A stretch of 56,561 bases of DNA from Parasitella parasitica NRRL 2501 (Eukaryota > Fungi > Mucoromycota): contig MU619337.1 of NCBI GenBank assembly GCA_025201805.1, positions 1-56,561 on the forward strand. Reading direction: 5' to 3'. Below are positions 36,108 through 50,800 of the stretch, piece by piece. Made by a program: the position numbers and the translations under genes. Every line of letters begins with the position of its first letter. Positions within the stretch are counted from its first letter, which is position 1. Below the pieces are notes generated by a model. That model saw nothing but the letters and a program-made list of their open reading frames with translations. It had not been told where the DNA came from and did no database searches.

Positions 36108-37214
36108 ATGAGTTCCGTTGATGAAGGCCACCCTCCAGATGAGTCTGGCTGCAAACTGCTGGATTCTTTTGCAATATTCGTTCAAATCGTATTGGCTGGT
36201 TTAGCGTTTTCAACGCTTATCATCAAGCATCAAAGAGAATCACCTCAAAGGCCACTGTCCATATGGTAAAATCTCATTACCATTGTGCATATATTTTTTA
36301 AAGCTGAAGCTACATACACACATACACAGGTCGTTTGATGTCAGTAAGCAACTGATTGGCGGGGGTGTCATTCATACATTAAATATAGTTGCATCGCATT
36401 TATTCGGAAAAAGTTTAGATGGAGAGCCAGAATCAAATCCATGTGTATGGTAAAAAAAAAAAAAATACACACACAATATCTTTATGCTTCTGCTTTTAAC
36501 TCTGGCCCCATGTATTTGTAGGTACTTTTTGAATATTCTAGTAGATACAACATTGGGGGTCTTGATTATTTGGGCTGTCTTGGCAGCTGTTAAATTTATC
36601 GCAAGATTCTATAGACTAAAAGGACTCCAAAGCGGTGTCTACGGAGAACCTCCATTAGTGAATCAAATCATAGTATGGACAAAGCAGCTTGGCGTCTATA
36701 TCCTAGCATTAATTACCATGAAAGTTGTTGTTCTCATCTTATTCGGCCTTTGCCCTTGGTTAGAAACGTTTGGCGAATGGGTTTTGGGTTGGACCATGGG
36801 AAATTACAGGCTCCAAGTGCTATTTGTCATGTTGGTGTAAGTTTGTTCTTTTTTTTTTTTTTCTCGTTTAAATCCACTGTTTGACTTTCAATCAATAGTT
36901 TCCCATTAGTGATGAACATTGTTCAATTCTGGATCGTGGATACCATTGTAAAGCATAAAGCCAGCAGATCTATCAGGTTAACTTTGGACGAAGAGCTGCC
37001 AGACGACATGCTAATTTCTGACGGAGAATACAATGCTGATGCTTCGTCTCTCCATGATAACGGTAGCGAAGACGACGACACTGCATCTATATCTCCCGTC
37101 AAAGTTCACCACAAGAGCGCAACGAAAGCAAATTTACATCATACTTTCTCGAATCAAAATTCCGTATCTGAAGAAAGCCTGTATGAATTGAGGACTAATA
37201 CTAACAATTTTTAA
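36108..37214 (+). CDS. STIMATE/TMEM110-like membrane protein; 4 exons
   Basis: CKLLDSFAIFVQ..L..L..K..RE.PQRP..IW|SFDVSKQ, NPCVW|YFLNILVDTTLG, SGVYGEPP...W.KQ, MNIVQFWIVDTIVK. Confidence 0.85.
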
Positions 37215-37816
37215 TCAGGAACTTTGTCACAGAGTTCATGCAAGCTGAAATAATAAAGATGAATAAGGCCGATAGATCTAGCTATACCTGATGAATGAGT
37301 GTCCATGAACCACTCAAGTAAACACAAGTGGAAATGTTGATGTCCCACAGTTGTATATATATATATATAACTGATATAGAGAATCAGAAAACCTGAAGGA
37401 CAGCCATCAAATTTTTGCTTCTTTTAAGCTGTAAAAAGTCAATCTGTTTTTGATAGTGCAAACCTTTCCACAAAATTATTGATTTTGCAATTATGGATGC
37501 GCTACTCACGTACTTTATACGGTAAACATTATAGCAACTGAAAGCGGTGCTGAGCAACGTTGTAATACATCCAAGTTTATCATGATTTTGCTATATCAGA
37601 CAGAGGAGAATCAACAACAAAAACTAAATAGGCCTTTAATTTACCGGCCCCACACGCTAATTAAGAATACAATTTACAACGATATTTGGGCTGCTTAGGT
37701 AGAGCCTGGAAAAAGTAGGACTCCTGGCCTTTTCTTTTATTGGACTCACAAAAGAAGGCGCGCTTATTTATTTATTTTCGCTTCTTCCTCAACAAACACT
37801 CTGGTTAATTGACAAC

Positions 37817-38689
37817 ATGGATACGGCTCAAATGGAATTAGGTAATACTTGATATCAACGGTGGCACGGAACAATGAGTATTCAAACAGAAACAGATTTG
37901 GAGCTTGATGCTCAACTTGAAGCTGAACTCATGGCAGACTTGGACGCTGATGACGCCGCCCTCGCAGAGTTTGAAGCCAAACCGCATGTCGAGAAAATGC
38001 TTGTTAGTGACGAGTCCATTGATCGCTTCGAAGCATTACCCAGACCATCAGCGATTTTCTTGCATGGCGTCGACGACATGTCTACAGCAGATATTACAAA
38101 GTACACTGATTCGTCGCTTTTGCTCAAAGTAGAGTGGATTAACGACTCCTCGTGTAATTTGGCGTTCAAGACAGAACAGGATGCGCTACAAGTAGCACAG
38201 ACACTGCTGAGCAAGCCTGTAGCAGAGCTGGATCATCGCACCCTTGCTCCAGCAAAGCCTTTTGAAAATCAAAGCTTGTCCATACGCATCGCAACAGATG
38301 AGGATGTGAAAGAGCGCGGTGCTCGCGAACGCAGTCGGTATTATTTACTGCATGGCGTGGAAGATCAGCCACTGAGTGAGGACAGAAAGGAAGCACGCAA
38401 GGCCCATTTGGATAGAATGCGAACGAATGGAGGCGACGGACGTGATGTGTTTAGCAGATTGGGCGCCAAAGTTCCCGGGCGACACAAACCCAGAGAGAGA
38501 AGCCGATCACCCACGAAACATGCGGGCAGACATATAAAACGGGAAAGATCGGTGGACAGAGAAATTCCTCAGCATTTGAAGGATCGTCTAGGACTTGTCA
38601 AGACTGAAGCAGAGGACAAGGAGGGCGAGGAGGGCGAGGAGGGCGAGGAGGACGGAAAAGAGCCAATAGTGAAGGATGAAATGCTGTAA
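37817..38689 (+). CDS. Nuclear cap-binding protein subunit 3 (NCBP3)-like RRM protein
   Basis: RPSAIFLHGVDDMST.DI..Y...KVEWINDSSCNL.F, IRIAT..D.KERGA..RSRYYL.HG. Start is 37817 with a short intron, or 37874. Confidence 0.8.
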
Positions 38690-38752
38690 GAAAGGCCTTT
38701 TTTATTACATTGGAAGCATACATATAAATAAATTAAAGGAAGAGGGAATAAT

Positions 38753-41103
38753 TTACGATCTAGATTTAAACTTGAGCAAAGGTGCCAGTATTTCAAGAGG
38801 GCCTGCTTTTTTAAGGAACTCATGGCTCATCAGCTCGTCAGCAGTGGCTCTAGATCCAACATCGACACATAAACAGACGGCCAAAAAGCCCTTGAGTTCA
38901 CGAGACAGCTTTTCAGGGTTTTTTAAAGTTGGGGTGCCATTAGTAGCAATCAAGTAAAGCGCCTTCAAAGGCTCTTCATCAAGATAAGGCGGTTCATTTT
39001 CAATCATCTCAATGGCCATAATGCCCAAAGACCAGATATCAACCTTGGCGCCGTACTCTTTCTGCTTTACAACTTCAGGCGCCATCCAATAAGGAGTACC
39101 TACCATGGTAGCACGCTTGTTCCTTTGATCTGTCAATTTGGCACAGAAGCCAAAATCACTAATCTTGACCTGGCCCTGTGCATTCAACAAGATGTTGTCA
39201 GATTTGATGTCTCTGTGAAGAATGTTCTGGGAATGCAAATGCAAAAGACCAGCAGTGGTCTCATGGCATACAGTAGCAATCTGTTGTTCAGTCATTGTGT
39301 TATTATCAATAATGTCAGTCAGGGCACCGCCTTCCATGTACTCCATGATGACCCAAAGATCACTGTTCTTGACCAAGAATGAGTCAAGGTAATTGACAAT
39401 ATTCGGATGCTGTGATTCCTTCATGACCAAAATTTCAGTTACAATCAGATCTTTACGGGGCTGATGAGCGAGATCCATCTGTTTGATGGCTATCTTTGTG
39501 TTTGTTGCGAGAGAAACCGCAACATAAACAGAGCCAGAGGCACTAGAAAAAGAAGAAGAAGAAGAAAAAGCAATCATGTCAGTGTAAATGACAAAGGTAG
39601 GCTTTCAGGAGAGCAATTTACCCTTGACCAACTCGCTTAATCTTTTTATACAAATCGTTTGGATCGCCATTAGTTACTACACGTCGTAACTGGTCCATTA
39701 CTTGAGCCTCTGTCATGGTGCTGATGCGCTGTTCGACCTTCTTCTTGGGAGAAGATACAGTTTCAGCAGCCTTCTCTCTCTCTCTCTCGCGATGTTCTCT
39801 TTCGCGTTCTTCTTCACGGAGTCGTTGCTTTTCCATTTCTTGTTCTCGCATTTGCTGTTCGCGCAACTGTTTTTCTCTTTGCTGCTCACGTATTTGCTTT
39901 TCTCTTTCACGTATTTCAACCTCGAGTTTTTCACGTTCCATCATGACACGTTCGTCGTACGCTGATATGCTGGTTGTGCGAGCAGGTACTCTCTGAGAAG
40001 ACTTGGACTTGGAAGGCTCTGGTCTTGGGTATGCATTGTTATAATTTGAAAATCCCTAAGGTATGTTAATACAAACTATGGCGCTGCGCATGCACTCGCA
40101 CACTTACAGGTGACGGAGGGGGTCTATCGCTTGATGAATCCACATGTCGTTTAGGTGACATGGGCTTACCACGGTAATCAATTAGTAATCATAGTCTTTT
40201 CGTGTCATCCTGAATCTAATACTCACTGAGCGAATGGCCAAATCGTCCATCATTTTATTCATATCCTGTCTGTTACCAGACTGAATAGGCGGAGGAGGAG
40301 CGGGCCTTGGTGGAGCTGGACGATGATGGGGCATTGTGGGTTGTCCTGATCCCTCATTAATCAGTGCAGCCCAACGGTCATCACTCATTCTTTCGACGGC
40401 ACCTTGTAATTTAGAGGTGCCGTACTCTTCTGCCTCCCTTTTAGTTTGTTCTGTGTAAAACTCGAGCACATCCAATACAGCTTGAGGGTTTTTAGCGGCG
40501 TCTTCAGCCGTAATAGCTGATCCCTTCAATAATTTAGTCCATTGATCAGGTAAGCCCTAAGTCAGAAGAGAGACAGAAAGAGAATAATCAATATCTTTGA
40601 AATCATGTGAGCTTATATTTGCTTACTGTAAATGCACCAGTATTGGGATCAAAGCCTACATGGACTTCATGTACAAAGTTTGTTGGACCAGAGGCGCCCA
40701 CTGTGGACCTCTATTTTATACAACTTGAGACACATACACACACCAGATGCGCTTCAAATAGACTTACATTGTAAATTTTATCCATCCATGAATACAGATC
40801 TTCGTCGCTTTTGCAAGCAATGTAGTACGTTTTGTCTTTTGTAGTAATCTCACAACAATAAGGTTTCAAATCTGTTCTTGTTACCGAAGTGATTTCTTTG
40901 AGAAAGATCAGAGCAACACATTGGCCTGATTGCTATTATTTTGCTGTTTAGTACAAGACAACCGACCACATGCGAGAACTTACTTCGTTTCTATGAAAAG
41001 TTAAAGCTTGGTCCCTGAGGACACAAAACCGCTTTGACCATATCCAAGCTCTTAAACCATCTTCTTTTACAGACAGATATCCTTCTTTAATAATTTCAGT
41101 CAT
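38753..41103 (-). CDS. CLA4: PAK kinase with PH and CRIB domains (Cla4/Skm1 type); multi-exon
   Basis: PH: [27 protein letters not shown]: [21 protein letters not shown]|GLPDQW. Kinase: GQG|[31 protein letters not shown]. Confidence 0.88.
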
Positions 41104-41195
41104 TTACGTTTTGTTTGTTGCTATGGAAACAAAGAAAAAAGTATAAAAACTGTCAAAGTTTACTCCTTTTTTTTTGTGCGCTTTTCTTTGTTGTT

Positions 41196-41286
<91 letters not shown>

Positions 41287-41289
41287 TTT
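41196..41289. repeat. Long poly(T) tract upstream of the PAK gene
   Basis: About 90 nt of T with two G interruptions. Confidence 0.9.
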
Positions 41290-42225
41290 GATTGTTGGTA
41301 AATCTCACAGTTATTTTTTATTGAATATATAATTCAGCTAGAAAATGAGAAATAAAGTAAAAGCAAAAGAAAAGGAAGAGGGAAGAGCTTGTTGATTCTC
41401 CCTTTTTGATGTATCACTGGTTTAGACCAAGTGTAACATTAAAAAGTTAAAATCACGCGTCACTAGGTTGCTTGATTTTCACTGCAAAAAGCTCATCGTG
41501 TTGTAGAAGCATATCTTGGTGTGATCGAGAAGAATAGCACTTGGACAAATTTCATATCCAATGTTTTTTTTTTTTTTTTTTTTCCTCTTCTTTTTTTTCT
41601 CTAGTTGTTTTTGTTAATGTTATTATAATGTTATTTTGGCTAAAGAATGTTACACGACGGGATGATGCCTTTTTTTTTTTTGGTTCCTGAAATTTGACAA
41701 AAAAATAATGAAAAATTGGGTTGATAGGCAACAAAAAATCAGAAATTTCAAGATTAAAAAGGAACGGATTCATAATCTATGAGACTAGATCTAGATGTTA
41801 TGATTGATTTATTACATACATTGCTTGATTTATGCAGTTATAAACACATACACATACAGAGGGCTTTTACGGAAATATTATGTATACATATATTGAATTT
41901 TTGATCTGTATTGACTCCCTTGTCTCCCTGTTTTTTTTTGATATATATATATAACCCACCATTCCTTCAAAAAAGAAGCCCCTTTTTTCGTTATATAATA
42001 ATAGTACAAGTGTATATAATTCGATCAGCACTTGATAGTTCCCTTCTTTCCCTCTTTCTCTTTGTTTTTATATTTTCTGTTAATAAAGCAGCATAAATTG
42101 TACGCTAATTTATTCTCCTCTGGATAATATCTTGCAATTCATTCGTTTCTTCCTAATTCTTTCTTTATTTCTTCTCTTTAATACATTCGAAGCAAGCGAT
42201 CCATCATAACCTCTGCATAAAATTC

Positions 42226-44345
42226 ATGTCTTTTTTAAAATCTGGTCAACCAATTCAAACAACAGGAAACAATTTAGTCGGATTATGGAGACCCTCATTT
42301 ATCAAAGTCGATCACCGATTATTTGTTTATGGAGGAGGAGGCAATGTCACCAATGATTTGCACGTACTAAACTTATTTGATATGAAGTGGGAAACAATTC
42401 AAGTAAGGGGAAAGATTTTATAGTTTCCATAGTTATCCACGGACACATAAGTTTAATCAGTATATATATATATGTATATATAAATATAGGCTGTAAAAGG
42501 GCTTGCTCCATGTAAACGATATGGCCATACCGCCACATTATGGAACAATTACATTATAGTGTTTGGTATGTTTGAAAGGAATGAAAAAGCGATAAAGGGC
42601 TAACCATTCCGGCACACAGGTGGATGCAACGAGTTTCAAGAATACTGCAACGATGTCCATGTGTTTGATACTGAAAAGCTTGCCTGGTTTCAACCTGAAT
42701 TGAACGGCTCAGTGTCTGCACGATACCTGCATAGTGCGTCTGTGTACGACGACAAGTTGTTTATTTATGGAGGATTTGCAAAGAATTCTGACCGTAAGAC
42801 ATTAGGTTTTCTGCCGATTGGGCATCGCGCTGATCTGATTAATAGGTACCTATGTGCTGGACGAATTAAGTGTACTTGATCTCAAGACATTTACATGGTC
42901 AAAATACCATGGCGTGCCCCCTCGCTACAACCATTCCGCAACACTTGTAGGCCATAAAATGTATATTTATGCCGGCAAAGATGAGCATGGCAACACAATA
43001 TCAGATCTATTTGTCGTTAATTTAAATACACCGCCATATACACCCCATTTAGTGCTGAACGGTTCCACCAATTCGCAAATGGTGTTATTAAAGAGCCAGC
43101 ACTTTTGCGAAGCCGTATGCGGAAAGCTACTTGTGTTTGGCCGATACTTGACTCATCCAAACAACAGCAATAGCAACAGCGCTGCTGCAAATCAAGAATC
43201 AATGTATGGACTTTGGATGCTTGACTTGGACACATTGACTTGGGAAAGACAAGACTGCAATGCTAATTTCGAAGTTGGCGGCTGGAACTACTTTACAATT
43301 GTCTCTGAATCGAATGAACAGTCAGTAGACCAGCAAGTAACGTTGAACAATCTCTTTTTTCTTGGAAACACGGACCCATTTCGGCCTCAAGGATATGACC
43401 ACTTTAGGTATGGTATAGAGATCAGAATCACAGTATACACACTCTAAAATGCTTTTCAAATACAACAGAGATGCACTCGTTATCAATGGTGAAACGCTCG
43501 GATTATATGACATACTACCGTTATCAATATCATGCGAGTTTTCTCGCTTATTAAACAATCCCGAACTCTCTGATTTTGTCATTGTGCCGTCAAACGGTCA
43601 AGAACTGCACGTTCATCAGGTCATTCTCATCACGCGCTGGCCGCATTTTAGAAACATTTACAAGTCTGGTATGATGGAATCGAGACAAAGGCGCATGGAA
43701 ATTCCTGAACCTTACGAAGTCGTGCTGGCTTTTCTCAAATACCTCTACAACGACCGAATAGACGAAAACGAATCGTGCGACATTGTTTGCCAAGTGCTGG
43801 TATTGGCAAACATGTATTTGCTATATCGACTTAAGAAGATCTGCTGCGAGCGCTTATACCGTCAGCATTTAACAATAGAGACATGCGGTCTAATCTTTGA
43901 AAAAGCAATTACAGCAGAGGAAGTCGGTTTGAAGCTGCTGACACTGGACTTTATGTTTAAGAATTTAGGCTATGTCCTGAAATCAAATACGCTGCTCCAG
44001 ATGTCGCCTATGATTCGAATGGAATTCTTGGAAGCAGTTCCTGAAGATGCTGTGCTTGAAGTTCACCGTAGATCTGCTAGAAACCCACCCCACTCTACGT
44101 CGACAAAATTCGCAACCTCCAAAAATATCCCTTATTACACTACTACAAATTTATATACAACTACTGCTAATAATAACATTAATAACGAAAATTCTGAGAA
44201 TAGCATCATCAGATTGACAACACCACAACATCACCATCTCCTCCATCACCAGCAACAACAGCCACAGCCAGGCACGAGCGGGAACAATGATCTAATTACA
44301 GTTACGTCTAGTAATAATACCTCAGCAACTACTGTTGGTGTCTAA
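42226..44345 (+). CDS. Kelch-repeat plus BTB/POZ protein (LZTR1-like architecture); 5 exons
   Basis: Repeats RYGHTA..VFGG, RYLHSA..LFIYGG, RYNHSA..MYIYAG; BTB: LSDFVIV..QELHVHQVIL.RWPHF..SGM.ES..AFLKYLY. Confidence 0.88.
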
Positions 44346-44508
44346 TCCTTTTTAAAAATAAACGAAATGACTAAAAAAAAATAACCACCAGCTCTGTTCG
44401 TGATTGCATCCATATTTTTAGAGTAAAAGTCTTGGCCATTTTGTTGTTGTAAATCATTGTTGTCTCCTAAAAATAATTAAAAATAGGTTTTATTATAGCA
44501 AAGCAAAG

Positions 44509-44543
<35 letters not shown>

Positions 44544-44629
44544 TCATTATTGAAATCTGATTTATAAAGATCGACTATTTCGTTTGAAAACGGACATCCT
44601 TTCACCAACTGTTGAATTATTTAAAAAGC

Positions 44630-45022
44630 ATGAAGATAAAGATAAAGAGGCGGGTTCGTTTTTCTAACCAAACTACCGTCAGCTACACTCATAGTGCCGC
44701 AGAATACGACCGCTCCTGCTTTGGAACGGATCCCTCTTCTACATTGCCTTGTGTGTCCAGCATTACATTCCCTCAGACACAGACACAGCAGGAGCAGCAA
44801 ACCATGATATACGCGAACCCACCCATTGTCTACAGCCAGCAAAAGCCCCCTATGCTGAAGATTGACACAACTGTCAACAACGGTTTAGGGCCATTGTTCC
44901 TGACTGGAAACTCTACTAAAAACTACTATACCCCATTCAGAAAATCAATCATTAATCAATACGTGTCAATCAACAGGTTCATTGTTGATAGTGGCGATAT
45001 CGACAATAAAAACGGCTTATGA
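44630..45022 (+). CDS. Small protein with PP1-docking RVxF module (Bni4/neurabin-like motif)
   Basis: KRRVRFS...VSYTHSAAEYDRS; the rest is low-complexity. A TATAAA lies ~65 nt upstream. Confidence 0.5.
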   Translation: MKIKIKRRVRFSNQTTVSYTHSAAEYDRSCFGTDPSSTLPCVSSITFPQTQTQQEQQTMIYANPPIVYSQQKPPMLKIDTTVNNGLGPLFLTGNSTKNYYTPFRKSIINQYVSINRFIVDSGDIDNKNGL

Positions 45023-45662
45023 CGACCCCAAAAGAACGGCATACTTGCACAATATGTTGCATAGATATAGAAAACAATAATAACAATAATAATAATAAAA
45101 AGTTAATTTTGTCTGCATGAATTGTGATTTGAACCAATTTAAACTGTCAATTCCATGCGTTGTATTGATTAATATAATTTCAAGGTAGTGCACTTGTTCC
45201 TCAAATGTGAATACAGTTTTTGTGTTTATTCTAGGTATAGCTTATAGGTCTTTGGTGGCAACTGTCTGTGATGCTAATCGCTGATTCAGGTTGCTTTCAA
45301 CAGACCATACGAGAATATAATTCATGTTTCAACGTGGCCTTGGAATCTACAATTTCTACATGATATGCGTATAAAAGAAGCTCATCTCAAGATCAATAAA
45401 TTGACTAATACGGGCCTAATCACTTACGTTAATGGAGTCACTTTATTGTGCATCCTATTCACGCCTCTCATGGGGCTTTTTATAAAACTTGAGCATAGCC
45501 ATGGTGGTGTAAGATCGCCTTCTGCGCGCTTTTGACAGGCGATGTTCGAAAAAGATCGCGCGTATTTTACGTGGCGACACATATAGCAGAAGCTCAAAAG
45601 GGGGCGGGGGGAGGAAGGAGAGGAGAGTAGGGGGGAAGCTTTTTCTTTTCACTTCTGCAAAT

Positions 45663-47517
45663 ATGCAACGAACAAAAGGAAACCCTAGATTACCCATAGC
45701 CAGACAACAGCAGCGACACCAACAGCAACAGCAGCAACAGCAGCAACCGCCACCGCCACCACCGCTACCACCATCATCGTCATCAAACAAAAGACTTGGC
45801 GAGAGACCAAAACGACAATCCGTTATACCCAGTACCATCAGCCTTGCTGAAGGTCCTGATTACGCTGTTCGCCAAGCCGATATCCACCAACTTTTGCAAT
45901 TTCTTAGAGAACTAGGTATAGCTGCTACAGAGGAAGACTTGAGTAATTGCAATAATATCCGCATCCGACAAATGTTTGAGTTACTACTCCAATACTTTGT
46001 TCCCCATCGCATCGAGTTTTTGCAGAATCTAAAACAACGAGTAGCAACAGCCTTTGAAGATACACCTGTAAGCAGGGAAAAAAAAAAGAAAAAAAAAAGT
46101 AACGGACTAGTGCTAATTCAATGCTTCAATTCAAGGAATTGGGTGTGGAACATGTGCAGGCCATACCAATTTTCAAGGAAATGCAGCGTTTCCTCAAAAA
46201 ATTACGGTTTACAGACTTTAAATTGACAGATGTTCTTTCGCCCACGCCAACTCGTTTACAAAAGATCTTGAGCGCTCTCTTCAACTATAGCTTATTCAGA
46301 GATACAGCATACGATCAGTTTAAATCTATAACAGAAGAAGCTGTAAGAAACCGGTCGACTCATTGGAACGTGCACTAACGTCTCTAACCAGGTGGGATTA
46401 ACAGCTCAACGTGAGAGCCTCATTACCGAAAAAGAGTTGCTTGAAGAGAAAGCCAGTGAACTCGAATCACAAACAGAGCTGGAACGTGCCGAGGCTCAAG
46501 GATGGGAAGTAAAGGTAGACGAGGCAGAGCAGGTACTACGACAACTGCGTAAAGAAGGAGATGCAATTGCCAAGGATGTAGAATCCTGCAAGAGTGAACG
46601 AAGCCATTTGACAGATAGTTTGGTAAGTTTCGTCGACTGTACACGGGGATGAAAATTTACATACATCATACAGCAAGAACTACAATACAAAATGCTAGAA
46701 ACGTTGGAGACTGTTCGTGAATTGAAGGCTTATGAAACTTGGGACCTGGATGTCATTGGAAAGGAGATTGTCGAATTGACAGTTGGCATGGAAAAGAAAT
46801 CAGAAGAGGTGAATGTGTTGGAAAGAGATATCCCTCTACTAGAAGACATCATATTAGAAGCAAAATATCTTTGTAATGTAAGGAGCAATTGTATCATTCC
46901 GTCTTTGCCCTGTTTCCTAAACACAAATCGACATGTAGAACTTGTCAAAGTGGATCGAAATTATGGATACTGTAAACAGCATACGTGGGGACTCAAACCG
47001 ACACAAAAGAACAAATGAAACATTGAAAAAAGAGCAATTGGAAGCGATAGCAATCCAGAAGGATATGGCAAACAAGGTTTCAGTAAGTGAATTAGCCCCA
47101 TTAACAGGGGAGGGGGGGGAGGTTTATTTCACTTACACATAGAGTTTAGAATGTCAGTAGATCGCTGGCCGTGCAGAATCGTCGACTTCAGTTGCTTATG
47201 GATCAACGAGAAAAGAAGCGAGAATCAATGGATCAATATTTCAAAGATTTAGAAAATAAAAAGGAGGCTATAAACCAAGAGGCAGAAGCTGCTTTGGAAG
47301 AGAAAAACAAGTGCGATATCCAGATAAAAGAAATACAGGACAAGGTAAATGGATATCTTTGTACACTGGGAATCATTGTTTGCTGAATGCTTTGTAGTAT
47401 AATGCTGCCGTTATGGAACATAAAAGATCTATGGAAGAGCTCACATCGCAAATTCAACGTGTTTTTGATATTATTAACGATGCAGAGACAAAGGCGATGT
47501 TGATGCAAGAACAATGA
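45663..47517 (+). CDS. NUF2: Kinetochore protein Nuf2; about 7 exons
   Basis: CH domain (I...LRELGI..TEEDL; DFKLTDVLSPTPTRLQKILSALFNYSLFR) followed by a long coiled coil. Confidence 0.85.
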
Positions 47518-47582
47518 TTGAAATTACTTTTTCAGACACTTGTTGATAGTCTGGTACCTGAATCTCTGGCGANNNNNNNNNN

Positions 47583-47617
<35 letters not shown>

Positions 47618-47834
47618 TACCAGCGTTGTTTTTTTAATCTAGCAATATATGAATAAAGAGCTGCTTGGCACACAATTGTAGACATGTAGGTTATATAGTA
47701 AAGCTTTTCTTTTTTTTTTTTTGTCTTGTGCTACCCAATATGCTCTCTTGTCCATTATCGATAAAGTGGTAATAGTAGTACATTTAATGATTGTATGAAT
47801 GTTGTATAGATATAAAAGGGTAATAAATAAAGCT

Positions 47835-50800
47835 TTAGGTGAAAATGACCATGGGCGTTACAGTTTCGCGGATCAAAGAGCCCAGCATGTTTTCGCCTTT
47901 GAGGTAATCACATGGAAATTGGACTAGATGGCCGCGTACCTTCCCTAAACGCTGACGGATCTCACGGCCATGCAACTCGGGGTCAGCGACATGACCATGC
48001 GGGATTTTTGTAGGGTCAGGTAGAAATTTGCGATGTTGTTCAAAGGTATGTACTGTGTCATCAGGGACACAACGGAAAAGATCGCGATATATCAGTGTGT
48101 TGTTTTCTGCTGTTGCATTCCATAGATCCGTGTAACAGTGAGGAGCCAATGGATCCAATGCCATTGCATCTACTCGTACAGCCATATTACCAAAATCTGC
48201 AGAATCGATAGGCGTAGCGCCTGATCTCTTTTTGTGTTCCAACACCTTGTTGGGTCCAGCAGTTTCATAGTCGCGAATCTCCTCCTCAGTGGCGCGTTCG
48301 TTGGTATGATGCGTTTCAATAGGCTCATCTGCATTTACATTGGGTGCGCGCGCTGCTTCTCCTTTAATCAATTGATCCCAATTTGTGAAATCCAAGAGGC
48401 CTAGATGCTCTTTGAATAGCTGCATGCGCAAAGAATGTGCGAATTTAGCCGCCTTATACTCTTTGCCGTCCATAAAAGAAGGTATCATGTCCGTGTCTTC
48501 AATCAGCATGGCGATTTCGGAATCGCGATTGCCCAGTTGCGACCGATCATTAATATTGGCTGCAAGAGAGTTAGTGACAGCCCTCATTACATGCTCTTTA
48601 TATATGTACCTGATCCAATCAATACAATACGGTCATCTACTATCATAATTTTGTCGTGAATATACACCAGTTCACTGACATAATGCTCGCGATCATCATC
48701 GTCCCAAATGGACTTTTCAGATGGAGCAGGCGTGTCTGACTTGGGCATCGCAGAGGAGGAAGAATCTGTACTCGCAGATGTACTGTTTGACACATTAGAC
48801 ATAGGTGTGGGATGAGAAAATGTCTTTTCAGGGGGTACCAGTTTATCCCAATTGCGCAAACTGTACCAGCCAATATAGTCAGATGGCTCAATGCCAGCTT
48901 CCCTGAGCTTTTCCATGATTGAATTACCACCACGAGAAATAGTAAGGTATTGGAAATGCATGACATTGCGCGCGGCAGCAGCATCCTTGGTCGCCAAGTC
49001 GCCTTCAAAAGCAGGAATAAGAGGTATGATGATGAATACTTTGAAAGTTTCCCCCTTGGCATGCGCACGCTTGATACGTTCAACCAAGGCCTGAGCAACC
49101 TTGTTTCTTAGCAGCTTATCTTGTGTAGTGGAGCTGACTAACACGAGCGAGGTAATATAGTGTCAATACATACACCGTATGCGCTATTATGCAAAAAAAA
49201 ACATCGCGAGTAACTTACTAAAGAATTGGTTCTCAATATATATAAAATGCTTTGATTTACTGATACACTCCATATAAGCATTGTAGATAGAGTGCTCTCG
49301 TTTAATGCCTGAGCTCCATTGAGCCGAGCTTCGCAGCAATTGCACACGGCAAGTCCCTTTGAAGGCGGATTCGTCACGAGCAGCCACATATTCGCCTTTG
49401 GGCATCAAAAATGGAACGGTAGGACGGTGCATACCCTTGCTGGCTTTCAGGAAATTCCATCTTTGAATAAAATGGCGAGCAACGTCGCGAGCAGCAGGGC
49501 CGACCATACCAACTGTCATGTCATGCCAAGGCATGCGAGGCGTTACGCTGCGATCTACCAGAGTCATACCATACTGTGCAACTATAATTGAAGACAATTT
49601 TTTTTTAGCTGCATGTATAAAATCTCTCTCTCTCTTTTTTTTTACCGCTTAGGAAATCCTTTACGCGAGGATTAGAGTAATCTTGCCCAGGAAACACTTC
49701 ATCTGTATGACCTTCAGCCGGATAATCGGTCAATCGATGTGATTGGGAATCATAGCGCCTAGAGTAGATTTGTGTTAGCATGGTTTTTTTCCCTGGTTTA
49801 CAAAAGTAATTTACCCCCAACACAAATCAAGACCACCCAAAAAGGCCAAACGGTTGTCGACAACTACAATTTTCTGGATAAACACATGAGAACTACTGCT
49901 GCAAGGAAAGCACTACATTTACACACCTCATGGTGGGACCAAAAGAGCACATTGTTATCAATGGAACGATGGTCAGGATGTCGCACAACTAATTCAGCAC
50001 GTCAATACACAAAGTCTGCCTGTACAAATGAGTAGAGCACTAACCAATAATGTTCTTGTGTAATCCTTGTAGCCATAGCTTTGTGTGTGCAGAATTAATA
50101 GTCAAAGCAACGGCCATTTCCTTGTAAACCACAATGTAGATCTTGACACCCTCTTCTGCCTTACGCTTCAATAATCGATCCAATCTAAATTCTTGGTTCT
50201 TTTCTGGCGGTCTTCTCAGGTACAGCTCAGGCGATAGCCACCAATCCGCAATGTAAATCTCTGATTTAGCAGATAGGATGGCTTCGCCCACAGCATTGAA
50301 ATGGTCCTCTCCGTCCACAAACCAACGAACCTTTGAGTTGTGTCTTATCGGAGCAAACGAGCCAAATCGATGGTTTTTAACCCAAGGACTGTCGTTCAGC
50401 ACCCGTTCAATGCTCGCCATCCATTCTTCGATTTCACGACGTCCCCCTTTGATTTCAATGCGTCGAAACTGATTCTCCAAGGTAATGTGATTATGGTATT
50501 TGCCCAAGATACCAGGCTTCTTGTTTTGCACAACCAACGATTTGTCAAACAAAAACACATCATTGATGCGGGTCGAAGCTACCTCTGAGATAAAGGCTAC
50601 ATAGGAATCTCGTAAAATGACCCATTGCTTGTTCCAGAGATGAGGTTTGATGATATGACATAATCTGGGTATCACAAAGTTGACCTTGTTTTCCAAAAAG
50701 CCTTCCTTGCCTTTCCAACCCATATCCTCAACAATGCTCACCGCAGAAATCTCTAGAAACTCGCAAATATCGTAATTCGCCATCATGTGGGCTCGAATAA

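Noticed and set aside
47573-47582. N run (also 8704-8713)
   Set aside because: Assembly gaps next to homopolymers, not biology.
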